Assembly (NCBI GenBank): GCA_963704755.1
Contig: OY969938.1
Span: 2,370,001-2,402,000, forward strand
Source: an uncultured Chloroflexia bacterium
GTDB taxonomy: Bacteria > Chloroflexota > Anaerolineae > Anaerolineales > Anaerolineaceae
Direction of reading: 5' to 3'
Length of the DNA stretch: 32,000 nucleotides
The notes under the pieces are model-generated. The model was not told where the DNA came from, made no database searches, and saw only the letters and a program-made list of their open reading frames with translations. This document shows positions 23,676 to 32,000 of this stretch, one piece after another (position 1 is the first letter of the stretch; each line of letters begins with the position of its first letter). Position numbers and translations under genes: made by a program.

Positions 23676-23908
23676 ATTAAACGCATTTTGTAGCGATTTA
23701 AGAGATTGTATCCGGGACGTAGATAGCTCTTTTCAATTACGATGATATTGTAGAGAAATTATATCTACCAGGTAGATTTTACTAGGATTGCCGCTGGGAT
23801 TTAAAAATATTTCCCGGTTGGTTAAAATGGGCAAAAGGTATCTCCAACTAGCTTAGCCTGGTTGTTTTCTTAGCCTACAGAAATATTGTTTGTAATTGGA
23901 GACGAGCT

Positions 23909-24172
23909 ATGACAAACGAAATTAACGGGATGCAGAGTCAGCAACCTTCCAGCAGGGTCTATGGGTTGTCAAGAAAATATCATTTTGAGAACCCGGTCGT
24001 GGCCAAAGCCAAACAAGCGCGGTTACTCGCCTTGCTTAAAGTCCGCTATGGTTACACCAACGAGAAGGCGGTGAATGAACTGGAAAGACTTCTAAGGCAG
24101 TTCTACATTACCAACAAATCCCTGGGCACGCACCATGCACGGCCCGATTTCAGGTATCCTGATGCCAAATAG
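23909..24172 (+). CDS. hypothetical small protein (87 aa), weak resemblance to the CsbD C-terminal half
   Basis: GGAGA lies 7 nt before the ATG. LLALLKVRYGYTNEKAVNELERLL echoes L.EKYGYT...AE.E of CsbD-like proteins. Otherwise it is unrecognised. Confidence 0.45.
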   Translation: MTNEINGMQSQQPSSRVYGLSRKYHFENPVVAKAKQARLLALLKVRYGYTNEKAVNELERLLRQFYITNKSLGTHHARPDFRYPDAK

Positions 24173-24294
24173 CCCAACACCAGGATATATATGAATTCGA
24201 GGGTACTGCCCCGGCCGGCGGGAAACCATTTGTTGCAGGTTGAGGAGAAACAATTAAAGTTGCCTGTTCAGAAATGTTATACAGGAGAAAAACA

Positions 24295-24699
24295 ATGAAA
24301 AAAGAAGTGGGTTTATGGATAGACCATAGCAAAACGGTGATGGTGACCATTGAAGAAGAAACCGAAATGGTCCGAGAAATAAAATCAAACATCGAGAAAC
24401 GCCTCCAATATTCAAGCGGTAAGGATGCGAAAATTCCGAACACATCAGAAGGCTCAACCGCAGAGGATATGAAGGACAGGCGGTATGGGAACCATCTTGG
24501 CAAATATTATGATGGGGTTATCTCGCTTATCCGTGATGCCGATTTAATCTGGATATTTGGCCCTGGCGAGGCAAAGGTCGAACTCGAAAACTGTCTGAAG
24601 CGCGATAACCTCGGGGACCGTATCGTAGGGATTGATACCGTTGACCGGATGACCGATAACCAAATTGCTGCCAAAGTCAGAGATCACTTTTGGAAATAG
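24295..24699 (+). CDS. small eRF1-C/Pelota-C-like protein (baeRF-like family)
   Basis: Preferred start is ATG 24295 (MKKEVGLWIDHSKTVMV...), 7 nt after AGGAG; the track ORF starts at 24274. The pattern hWIDH..A.I..., then a long gap, then LIWIFGPGEAKVELENCL....I.GI..VDRMTDNQIAAKVRDHF matches my recollection of a roughly 130-aa bacterial family related to release-factor/Pelota C-terminal domains. There is no GGQ motif. Confidence 0.4.
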   Translation: MKKEVGLWIDHSKTVMVTIEEETEMVREIKSNIEKRLQYSSGKDAKIPNTSEGSTAEDMKDRRYGNHLGKYYDGVISLIRDADLIWIFGPGEAKVELENCLKRDNLGDRIVGIDTVDRMTDNQIAAKVRDHFWK

Positions 24700-24883
24700 C
24701 TTGACGGCTGCCCCGCCATAACTTATCGACAAAAGAGAGCGGCATACCAGGCAGTCTCCAAGAAGGAGTTCAAATGGAACAGAAGAAAATAACCTCGGGC
24801 CTCCAGAAGTTGCTTGACTAAATTGTAAACCGGTCGAATTTACAAATCTTGCTTATGCATCTTGAACATATGGAAGAATTCTT

Positions 24884-26386
24884 ATGAGTACAAACGAAAA
24901 ACATCATCGCGACATATTACAGGGCATTGCTCGTAGGGCGATGCTTGAGCGAGGTTTACTTCCCGATTTTTCCAGCGAAGCGCTTGAAGAGCTTGACCAC
25001 CTAAAGATTCCTGGAATCACTGAGGAAAAGTTAGCCAAAAGCGCCCAAGAGATTTGCGATATGCGCGATGTATTGTGGTCTTCGATCGACAACGATGATT
25101 TACGTGACCTGGATCAGCTTACCGCTGCGGTAGCAATGCCTTCGGGAAAGGTAAAGATCCTGGTTGCGATCGCAGACGTGGATTCCTCGATTAAAAATGA
25201 CTCGGCAATCGATCAGCACGCCCGCAAGAATACCACCTCGGTTTATACCGCAGCCGAAATATTCCCCATGCTGCCAGAAAAAGTTTCGACCGACATTACA
25301 TCCTTGAATTTCAATGAGGATCGCCTTGCCATTGTCATTGAAATGTTGGTCGGGGTAGATGGATCGCTCGAAGATTTTGGCATCTATAGAGGCTGGGTGC
25401 ACAATTACGCGAAACTTGCCTATGACAACGTGGCGGCCTGGTTGGAAAAAAATCGAAATATTCCTGATGCAATTTCTGCAATCCAGGGATTGGCTGAGAG
25501 CCTGAAACTGCAGGACCAAACAGCCCAAAAGATGAAAAAATTCCGGCACATCCATGGGGCGCTCAGTTTGGAAACCATCGAGGCCAAACCTGTATTCGAT
25601 GGCGACCAAATTCGCGCACTTGAAACAGAAGAAAAAAACCGGGCAAAAGACATCATCGAGGATTTTATGATCGCGGCTAACGGTGTGACCGCTCGCTATC
25701 TTTCGGCCAGGAAATTTCCTTCCATCCGCCGGGTGGTCCGCGCGCCAAAACGATGGGAACGGATCGTCGAAATTGCCGAGAGTCACAGGTGCAAACTTCC
25801 AGAACGCCCGAATTCAAAAGCGTTGGAAGAATTTCTGGTTGACCAAAAAGCCGCGGACCCGCTGCGTTTTCCAGACTTATCTTTAGCCGTCATCAAACTT
25901 TTGGGAGCCGGCGAATATATTGCGGAGCTTCCAGACGGGAATCTCCCGGGGCATTTTGGCCTGGCAGTCAAAGATTACGCCCATTCGACCGCACCCAATC
26001 GCCGCTATCCCGACTTAATTACCCAGCGTTTATTAAAAGCCGCCCTGGAGGGTAAAACAGTCCCCTACAGGATAGAGGAATTGAATATTCTGGCCACGCA
26101 TTGTACCCAGGCGGAAGATGCGGCCAATAAAGTTGAACGACAGGTTGGTAAATCCGCTGCTGCGCTATTACTTGAGTCGAGACTTGGAGAGCACTTCGAT
26201 TCGATTGTTACAGGGGCTTCCGAGAAAGGGACGTGGGTCCGCCTTCTTACCATCCCCATTGAAGGAAAACTAATTCATGGGTTCGACGGTGTGGATGTCG
26301 GCGACCGGGTTCGGGTGCAGCTAATCTCTGTGGATGTTGAAAAGGGATTTATTGATTTCAAGAAAATTAACGGATCGAGGGTTTGA
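24884..26386 (+). CDS. short RNB-domain 3'-5' exoribonuclease (RNase II/R family) with C-terminal S1-like domain and no N-terminal cold-shock domains
   Basis: 500-aa ORF. RNB motif I is SIDNDDLRDLDQL...KILVAIADVDSSI. Also present: TSVYTAAEIFPMLPE, GHFGLAVKDYAHSTAPNRRYPDLITQRLL. The C-terminal GTWVRLLTIPIEGKLIHG...GDRVRVQLISVDVEKGFIDFK is S1-like. Confidence 0.85.
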   Translation: MSTNEKHHRDILQGIARRAMLERGLLPDFSSEALEELDHLKIPGITEEKLAKSAQEICDMRDVLWSSIDNDDLRDLDQLTAAVAMPSGKVKILVAIADVDSSIKNDSAIDQHARKNTTSVYTAAEIFPMLPEKVSTDITSLNFNEDRLAIVIEMLVGVDGSLEDFGIYRGWVHNYAKLAYDNVAAWLEKNRNIPDAISAIQGLAESLKLQDQTAQKMKKFRHIHGALSLETIEAKPVFDGDQIRALETEEKNRAKDIIEDFMIAANGVTARYLSARKFPSIRRVVRAPKRWERIVEIAESHRCKLPERPNSKALEEFLVDQKAADPLRFPDLSLAVIKLLGAGEYIAELPDGNLPGHFGLAVKDYAHSTAPNRRYPDLITQRLLKAALEGKTVPYRIEELNILATHCTQAEDAANKVERQVGKSAAALLLESRLGEHFDSIVTGASEKGTWVRLLTIPIEGKLIHGFDGVDVGDRVRVQLISVDVEKGFIDFKKINGSRV

Positions 26387-26530
26387 GGTAAGCGCAGTTT
26401 GAAAACATTTTTCAAAATGCCCAAAATCGTTGATCCCTTTTTGGGGTGAGTTAAAAAACCATGTGGATTTCTACAGAGAGAATTCGTTTGCAAGTATTAC
26501 CAAGAGATACTTGTTGAACAGGAGTATGAG

Positions 26531-27736
26531 ATGGTGGTAGAACAGGTCGAACAAAAAACAGTAAATGAAGTAGCCCCCAGTGAAAATTTGATATGGTCAT
26601 CGGCAAAGAGTCATAACCAGGATAGGTCGAGCGATGCCAGTGTATCTATAAAAAACGAGGCTTTACAAACCAAATTCAAAGGGCTGATCCATCGGGATCA
26701 GGATGTATTCGTTACGGGCGATCAAAAGGTCGGGCGAATCATAAAATTCCTGCCAGGCATCGATGGTCGCATTGATCATATCGCCATCCGCAGCCTCCAT
26801 TTTTGGGGACATCCTAAAATATTATCGCTTGAGTTTGTGAGCGATGTAAATTCCAAAGGCGTCTGGCTTTCTGTCGACCGGGGCAAATTTCAGGGACTTC
26901 CTGACTATAAAACGGATACTTCCACATTGAATGAAATAGAAATGGCAATTTGGAATGATCAAGTATTGAGAATTATCGACTTTCATGAGATCGATGTTCA
27001 GGTAAAAAATGGGGTCGTGTCCTTAAACGGCCACCTCTCGGGTATAGAGAACGAAAAACGGGTCGAAAGCGCAATTGGGAGTATCACAGGTATCCTGGGC
27101 GTGAGGAACCACCTGGTTATGGATGACGACCTGCTGAACAAAGTAGCCGAAGCGTTGATTCCCATCGACCAGGTTGAGGGTAACCATGTTTTCGCGAAAG
27201 TAGAAAATGGGGTTGCCGGCCTGAGTGGTAACGTGGTCAGCATACAGGCCCGCGATTTGGCCGAGCAATATGCTGCAAACGTTCCTTCGATCCGGGGCGT
27301 GATTAACGGTATCGCTGCACCCGGGATTGTCCTGGACCCAGAAGAGCAGCGTTTTTTGCAACCCACGATCGGAGAAAAGATCTTTTTTCACGACGGTTTG
27401 TTTGGATTTATCAGACAAGTGGTTATCAACCGGGACAACCGGCGTGTGGTCGGCATGATTATTCAAGGGCGGTTTCCCGCCCAGCTGGGAGCGTCCGCAT
27501 CGACGACGACCAGCGACGAAACTCGAGCGCCGGACCGGCTGGTGGTTATCCCCGTAAGCGTCATCCGGTATTTGACGAGTACTTCCGGATTTTTATTCAT
27601 CGATAGCAGCGAAACGACCCGGTATGAGGATTTTGACCCGGCCAATTTTGTCGATCCAGACGCGGATTGGATACCACCTTATCCATATTTTAGCGATGCC
27701 GTAAGGTTTTATGGACCTGCTCAACCCATGGGTTAG
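26531..27736 (+). CDS. PRC-barrel / BON-BON / PRC-barrel domain protein
   Basis: 401-aa ORF with AGGAG 7 nt upstream. It has two BON-like units (IDVQVKNGVVSLNGHLSGIENEKRVESAIGSITGILGVRNHLV and VFAKVENGVAGLSGNVVSIQARDLAEQYAANVPSIRGVINGI). These are flanked by PRC-barrel-like segments (VFVTGDQKVGRIIKF...IDHIAIRS and IFFHDGLFGFIRQVVINRDNRRVVGMII). Confidence 0.6.
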   Translation: MVVEQVEQKTVNEVAPSENLIWSSAKSHNQDRSSDASVSIKNEALQTKFKGLIHRDQDVFVTGDQKVGRIIKFLPGIDGRIDHIAIRSLHFWGHPKILSLEFVSDVNSKGVWLSVDRGKFQGLPDYKTDTSTLNEIEMAIWNDQVLRIIDFHEIDVQVKNGVVSLNGHLSGIENEKRVESAIGSITGILGVRNHLVMDDDLLNKVAEALIPIDQVEGNHVFAKVENGVAGLSGNVVSIQARDLAEQYAANVPSIRGVINGIAAPGIVLDPEEQRFLQPTIGEKIFFHDGLFGFIRQVVINRDNRRVVGMIIQGRFPAQLGASASTTTSDETRAPDRLVVIPVSVIRYLTSTSGFLFIDSSETTRYEDFDPANFVDPDADWIPPYPYFSDAVRFYGPAQPMG

Positions 27737-27802
27737 TCCCCTAAAGTTGAGAAGGCGCGATTTTTTTACTTAATGATAAAGAACAATGGAAAGGAAAAGG
27801 AA

Positions 27803-29638
27803 ATGGAAAGCATCCCTCCCAAACAAAAATTTCATATTCCAGTTACAACCCTGATCGGGGTCCTCTTTATTTCCTTTTTTATATATCGAATGGTAGCTGG
27901 TTCCATTCCCGAAGTAAAAGAGATCTCCTATAGCGATTTTAAGACCGCCCTTGTTGCAGGCAAGGTGACCAGTGTCACAGTTAGCGATACGAACATCAGC
28001 GGAAAGATGAGCGACAATACGGCTTTTTCTACGGTCCGGGTTGATGACCCAGACCTGACCAAGACGTTAGAAGCTCATCAGGTGGACATTACCGGGCAAG
28101 TGCCGAGTAACGGTGGAATACTGGGTTTCGTTATGACCTGGATCTTTCCGTTGATTCTGTTAGCTGGAGCCTGGTATTTATTATTCGGACGCAACCGGGG
28201 AGGCGCCGGCTCGATGGGCAGCATCTTCTCCTTTGGCAAAAGTAAAGCGCGTGTCATTATGGGAGAACAAACCGGGGTGACCTTTAACGATGTGGGCGGT
28301 GCCGGAGAAGCGATTACGGATCTAAAAGAAGTAACCGAATTTCTCAAGAACCCGGATCACTTTCAAAGACTGGGCGGCAAAATGCCGAAGGGTGTTCTGC
28401 TGGTCGGCCCGCCTGGAACCGGAAAGACTCTGCTTGCCAGAGCAACGGCCGGCGAAGCCGGCGTTCAGTTCTTCAACCTGAGTGGTGCCGAGTTTGTGGA
28501 AATGTTTGTCGGGGTCGGCGCCTCACGGGTTCGTGACCTCTTCGGCCAGGCTAAAAAAAGCGCGCCTTCGATTATCTTTATCGATGAGATCGATGCGATT
28601 GGAGGCAGGCGAGCGGGGGCAGGGGCGATCGGCGCCCACGAGGAACGCGAGCAGACGCTGAACCAATTACTGGCCGAGATGGACGGTTTTGAAACAGCTC
28701 GTGGGGTGATCGTCATGGCCGCTACAAACCGGCCCGAGATACTCGATCCGGCCCTGTTACGACCGGGCCGGTTTGATCGCCAGATTATGGTTGATCTTCC
28801 TGACCGGCAGGGACGCCTGGAAATTATCGGTATCCACGCCCGGGCGGTGACCCAGGCTGCAAATGTCAGTCTGGAAGCAATTGCCCAGATGACCCCTGGG
28901 TTTTCAGGAGCCGATCTGGCCAACCTGGTGAACGAGGCAGCGTTATTGGCTTCCCGGAGTGGCAAAGAGTCCGTGGAAATGGCTGATTTCGACGCAGCGT
29001 TTGAGCGCGTCGTGGCCGGCTCGGAACACAGGACCCGCTCGATCACAAACAAGGAGAAACGGGTCATTGCCGTACACGAAGCAGGCCATGCGCTGATTGC
29101 CAGCCTGATGCCCAATGCGGATAAAGTTCGCAAGGTAACCATCGTCCCTCGCGGGCGTGCAATGGGATATACCATGCAGTTACCCACAACTGACCGTTAT
29201 GTGTTGGGTGAAAAAGAATTGGCGACTCGCTTGACGGTGTTGGTGGCGGGACGAGTGGCAGAATCACTGGAATTTGGAGAGGTCTCTACGGGCGCCTCGG
29301 ACGACCTGGCCCACGCGACGGACCTGGCACGCAAGATGGTCACGGAATTCGGCATGAGCCCGATCCTGGGGCCGGTCCGCCTGGCAACGGATATGGCAGC
29401 GAACTATCTCAACCAGCAGCTTGGCCTGGACGCGCGGGTCAGCCCCGAAACGGCTACCCTGGTGGATACGGAGACTCGCAGGATTATCGAGGAAGCGGTG
29501 GAAGAAGCCGAGGGTATTCTCGAAAATCATCGCCAGGACCTGGACCATCTGGCCGACTTGCTCTGCGAGCACGAAACAGTCGATGGTTCGCAGATCGACG
29601 CCATCCTCGGCAAAATGGAAATTCCGGTAGCGGCATAA
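27803..29638 (+). CDS. ftsH: ATP-dependent zinc metalloprotease FtsH
   Basis: Walker A is GPPGTGKT, Walker B is [11 protein letters not shown] is [19 protein letters not shown], and the zinc site is HEAGHAL. Two N-terminal TM segments are present. ATG 27803 has an AAGGA 7 nt upstream. The track ORF starts 30 nt earlier at 27773. Confidence 0.92.
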   Translation: MESIPPKQKFHIPVTTLIGVLFISFFIYRMVAGSIPEVKEISYSDFKTALVAGKVTSVTVSDTNISGKMSDNTAFSTVRVDDPDLTKTLEAHQVDITGQVPSNGGILGFVMTWIFPLILLAGAWYLLFGRNRGGAGSMGSIFSFGKSKARVIMGEQTGVTFNDVGGAGEAITDLKEVTEFLKNPDHFQRLGGKMPKGVLLVGPPGTGKTLLARATAGEAGVQFFNLSGAEFVEMFVGVGASRVRDLFGQAKKSAPSIIFIDEIDAIGGRRAGAGAIGAHEEREQTLNQLLAEMDGFETARGVIVMAATNRPEILDPALLRPGRFDRQIMVDLPDRQGRLEIIGIHARAVTQAANVSLEAIAQMTPGFSGADLANLVNEAALLASRSGKESVEMADFDAAFERVVAGSEHRTRSITNKEKRVIAVHEAGHALIASLMPNADKVRKVTIVPRGRAMGYTMQLPTTDRYVLGEKELATRLTVLVAGRVAESLEFGEVSTGASDDLAHATDLARKMVTEFGMSPILGPVRLATDMAANYLNQQLGLDARVSPETATLVDTETRRIIEEAVEEAEGILENHRQDLDHLADLLCEHETVDGSQIDAILGKMEIPVAA

Positions 29639-29816
29639 ACCGTCCTCGCGACGGAATTATTAGAGAAAGCGTAACTGCCCAGCCTGGCTGAGCACTTATG
29701 TATCAACGAACCATCCAGGCTCACGCAGATATTAGTTCATCAAGCGCAAGTTGCATTGTGTTTGATACCCCCCCACACTGCCGATCCTTGGAACCCAAAG
29801 GACAAGGACAATCAAA

Positions 29817-30389
29817 ATGGAAAATACGGAATCCAACCTAACCGAAGTTAAATCCGAAACTCGACTACACAAGTCTATGCGTGGTATCTTGCGCTGGGCG
29901 CTGGTAGTGCTTTTGACATTTGGGCTGGGCGCACTTTTGGTCGCCTTGATGCTCTATATTCCTACCAGGCAGCAACTTGACAAAGCCAACACCGAGCTGG
30001 AGCAGGCTAATACAATGGTCACAAGCCAGGCCGATCAGATCACAACCTTACAGACGGCCAATACGGGCCTGCAAAAGGAACTGGATTCTGCCACGCTGCA
30101 TTTGTACGTGCTCAAGGCGCTGTCAGGTGCGCGCGGAGCCAGCCAGGCAGTGGCTACCGGCGATTACGCTGGGGCGCGCTTGTTATTGATCCAGTCCTCT
30201 GCCGCGCTGGATACCCTACCTTCCCTGATGGGTACGAATCAAAAAGACGTACTAACCGCTTTGCAGCAGAGTGCTGCTCAGGTATTAACTTTGGTAAAGA
30301 CAACCAACCTGAAGTCAGCACAACCGGAGTTAGAACAGTTGACCAAAAATCTGGCACAACTGGAAGGCAATTTATTCCCTAACCCCTGA
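29817..30389 (+). CDS. hypothetical single-pass membrane protein with coiled-coil ectodomain
   Basis: 190-aa ORF. TM segment ILRWALVVLLTFGLGALLVALMLYI is followed by a Q/L/T/A-rich heptad-like sequence. I recognise no family. Confidence 0.55.
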   Translation: MENTESNLTEVKSETRLHKSMRGILRWALVVLLTFGLGALLVALMLYIPTRQQLDKANTELEQANTMVTSQADQITTLQTANTGLQKELDSATLHLYVLKALSGARGASQAVATGDYAGARLLLIQSSAALDTLPSLMGTNQKDVLTALQQSAAQVLTLVKTTNLKSAQPELEQLTKNLAQLEGNLFPNP

Positions 30390-30464
30390 TTCTTCCGTCC
30401 TTTCGATAAGCCGCCTAACCCCCAACTGCCCCTCGGTCAATCGACCAGGTAGCTTTAATTGGTA

Positions 30465-30506
30465 GGATCAGAACCCCGATGGGGAAATCCATCGGGGTTC
30501 TGATCC
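30465..30506. terminator. perfect 18-bp stem-loop between convergent genes (candidate bidirectional terminator, no U-tract)
   Basis: GGATCAGAACCCCGATGG (30465-30482), loop GGAAAT, CCATCGGGGTTCTGATCC (30489-30506). It lies between the stop at 30389 (+) and the stop at 30632 (-). Neither side has a clear T-run. Confidence 0.35.
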
Positions 30507-30631
30507 CTAATATCTATCCGGCCTTTTCTGCACTGGGGATGCACATCGTTTTCCCATTTTTGATGCGCGTAGCGTTTATTACGCTCGTAGAACTTCCAAT
30601 CAGTTCCTTGTTTTCAGCTTTCAGCGATGGT

Positions 30632-31810
30632 TTAAGGTTTTTCGTTATCCATATTGACTACCTGCCCGCGAATGAGTACAAAACTCAGGAGCAGCGTAAT
30701 GACAAGTGCAATACCGAAGATCAAAAAAAGATTGCTGAGCCCAGTTGCAGAGATGATTTTTCCCGCTAAAGCGGTTCCGACACCTCCTCCGCCCATAAAA
30801 CAAAAGGCGACCAGCGACATCGCAGCTCCCCTCTCTTTTTGGGCGAATTCGGTTGCTCTGGTCAGTAACGTGGAATGGGTGAAGATGAAACCCAGGCCCA
30901 ATAGTGCTACACCAAGGATCAGGAGCGCCAGGAATTGTCCAGACAGAAAAATGACCAGATCGGCCAGGGCAGCGGAGATCAACCCTATGCTCAGAATATT
31001 TCTGGAGCCGATTTTCGCAGCCAATTTTCCGCTAAGCCTTCCGCCGATGACTGTCATAATCCCAAAGCCGGTCATGATCAGGCCAATATAGAAATAATTA
31101 AAGCCATAAGTTTTTGAAATATAAGCGCCTGTAAAGGAAAAACTCCCCACGATAAATAATCCTTCCAGCGCCACGATAAGATATGTAAAGAGACTCGTTG
31201 TAGAACCGAGCAGTTTGCTGTAAGGCGCAAACATTTTGCTGTCCGGATGTTTTTCGGATGGAAGAACCTTGTAATTGGTCACCAGCAATATAACGGGGAT
31301 CAAGGAAAAAACCGCATAAGTAACGAATACACCGCGCCAATTGAAGAAAAATGCGATCGTCCCGCCGATTGCCATACTGAGTCCCTGTCCCAGGAAAGAT
31401 ATTCCCATGAAAGTGCCAATTGCGCCTTGTCTTTCCCGGAGTGGGAAAACGTCGCCGATCAATGCCAGAGAAATCGGCATGACAGACGCCGCAAAAATTC
31501 CGGTCAGCGCGCGAAAGATCGCCAGATTGGTCAAGTTCGAACCTAAGGCACATAACCCGGCCGAAACAGTGAATAAGATAACCGAAAGCACAATGACCTG
31601 TTTTTTTCCATACCGGTCCGCAAGGGGGCCAAAAATAATCTGGAAAACACCGAAGGGGATCATGTAAGCAGTGATTAGTAGTCCTGCTCGTGCGATATCG
31701 ATGTTTAGATTCGTGGATATCGCCGGAAGGATCGGCGACACCACCCAGTTGTCTGCCATCACAACAAAACCGGCCAGTCCAAGAAACAAAATGAGTTTAT
31801 TTTTGTTCAT
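30632..31810 (-). CDS. MFS transporter
   Basis: The likely start is ATG 31808-31810 (MNKNKLILFLGLAGFVVMADNW...); the track ORF extends to 31918. About 12 hydrophobic segments are present, plus MFS motif A-like GPLADRYGKK. Confidence 0.8.
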   Translation of the reverse strand: MNKNKLILFLGLAGFVVMADNWVVSPILPAISTNLNIDIARAGLLITAYMIPFGVFQIIFGPLADRYGKKQVIVLSVILFTVSAGLCALGSNLTNLAIFRALTGIFAASVMPISLALIGDVFPLRERQGAIGTFMGISFLGQGLSMAIGGTIAFFFNWRGVFVTYAVFSLIPVILLVTNYKVLPSEKHPDSKMFAPYSKLLGSTTSLFTYLIVALEGLFIVGSFSFTGAYISKTYGFNYFYIGLIMTGFGIMTVIGGRLSGKLAAKIGSRNILSIGLISAALADLVIFLSGQFLALLILGVALLGLGFIFTHSTLLTRATEFAQKERGAAMSLVAFCFMGGGGVGTALAGKIISATGLSNLFLIFGIALVITLLLSFVLIRGQVVNMDNEKP

Positions 31811-31934
31811 TCTCGATTGGATCCTTTCATTTCTCATGAAATTTACCGGGACCGATAATGCAAGCAAGGAAACGCCCTCAACTGCATCTTCGGAAAACCC
31901 AAAAATGGGGAATATCAAGCTATGTTCAAAGGTT

Positions 31935-32000
31935 TTACATGATCAGGTTGAACAGATACCCGGTGAAGACAATGGCTATTGTGATCACAGCGATAAAAAC
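31935..32000 (-). CDS. C-terminal end of a membrane protein (gene starts beyond window end)
   Basis: Reverse translation gives ...VFIAVITIAIVFTGYLFNLIM, then stop (31935-37). The fragment is hydrophobic and too short to assign. Confidence 0.25.
   Translation of the reverse strand, partial: VFIAVITIAIVFTGYLFNLIM

Noticed and set aside
30479-30769. 96-aa plus-strand ORF after the coiled-coil protein gene
   Set aside because: It starts inside the 18-bp hairpin and runs antisense into the 3' end of the MFS gene. There is no RBS. Its hydrophobic composition mirrors the antisense of a membrane-protein gene.

Overview
Bacterial chromosomal window. The gene content and a lipoprotein solute-binding protein with a Pro/Thr-rich linker fit a monoderm-type lineage such as Chloroflexota, but taxonomy cannot be fixed from the sequence alone.

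Layout:
- (i) 1-13.2 kb: a carbohydrate-conjugate utilisation locus split into two blocks.
  - Block A holds a partial GntR gene divergent from a BtpA/SgcQ-like gene, plus a convergent double-SIS and URO-D-like operon. It is G+C-richer by eye.
  - Block B is a tight minus-strand operon: GntR, BtpA-like, FGGY kinase, M19-like amidohydrolase, SBP, two ABC permeases.
  - Between the blocks lie an AttH/CrtC-like remnant, an NTF2-like gene and a DUF1697 gene.
- (ii) 13.2-15.9 kb: a head-to-tail run of gene remnants. These are a wHTH/nuclease-like fragment, a NarL/LuxR regulator remnant, a YggT-like gene with a nonsense codon, and phosphoketolase and class-I aldolase genes with large internal deletions.
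- (iii) 15.9-18.4 kb: an intact P3A-type P-type ATPase, followed by more remnants to about 19.75 kb.
- (iv) 19.8-30.4 kb: a stress / quality-control neighbourhood. It contains DUF883/ElaB-like, CsbD, YggT-like and GlsB-like genes, a PAS-GAF-HD-GYP protein, a small eRF1-C-like protein, a short RNB exoribonuclease, a PRC-BON protein, FtsH and a coiled-coil membrane protein.
- An MFS transporter closes the window.

I found no rRNA, tRNA, CRISPR array, transposase, integrase or recognisable defence gene.

Best candidates for something undescribed:
- the frl/fra-like locus built from a non-canonical enzyme set, including an M19 homologue that lacks three of its five metal ligands;
- a hairpin-plus-tail intergenic module present in two copies;
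- the dense pseudogene tract;
- the eRF1-C-like / RNB pair inside the stress island.

All family calls rest on my own reading of motifs. No database search was run.
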